NCBI GenBank assembly: GCA_009602725.1
Contig: WELB01000023.1
Location: forward strand, 127,027-191,026
Reading direction: 5' to 3'
Length of the DNA stretch: 64,000 bases
Source of the DNA: Spirogloea muscicola
Taxonomy: Eukaryota
The translations under genes and the position numbers were made by a program. The notes beneath the pieces are model-generated. The model worked only from the letters and a program-made list of their open reading frames with translations, searched no databases and was not told the origin of the DNA. This document shows, piece by piece, positions 63,934 to 64,000 of this stretch. The number at the start of each line of letters is the position of its first letter. The first letter of the stretch is position 1.

Positions 63934-64000
63934 GTGCAGAAAGAGCTTCCCAGGGGCGGTGCAAGGAGTCGAGCTGTGGCAGCTCACGCAGCTCGCCTAA

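Overview
Gene-dense, intron-rich eukaryotic nuclear DNA. The gene set (pectin methylesterases, caleosin, SEP1, NDB, RBL13, CHR19, MREII-type alpha-tubulins, plus a pentameric ligand-gated channel that land plants lack) points to a streptophyte green alga; this taxonomy is inference. About 16 protein genes are recognisable: RBL13 rhomboid, two alpha-tubulins, CDC26, CHR19/SMARCAD1, a DusB-like synthase, a Cys-less pLGIC, DUF1764, SEP1, NDB, BORCS6, an aldo-keto reductase, ATG18, two PMEs with Pro-rich tails, caleosin and RPL27. Most GC-rich gene starts contain N gaps, so 5' ends are approximate. The intergenic spacers, mostly upstream of gene starts, are mosaics of 3' ends of a restriction-like-endonuclease (CRE/R2-type) non-LTR retrotransposon family that shares a C-terminal ..SDL..LTRGY* peptide and a terminal GGGCTGG-loop-CCAGCCC hairpin. 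Top leads: (1) CDC26 lies 102 nt upstream of the CHR19 ORF, like a uORF on a bicistronic mRNA but with a partner other than the known TTM3; (2) a Cys-less pLGIC with an anion-type M2 signature; (3) the promoter-clustered retro-tail family with snap-back and outward-facing pair junctions; (4) PME-extensin chimeras; (5) a telomere-like tract where the conserved LAPM segment of DUS should be. All calls come from reading and manual translation; no searches were run.
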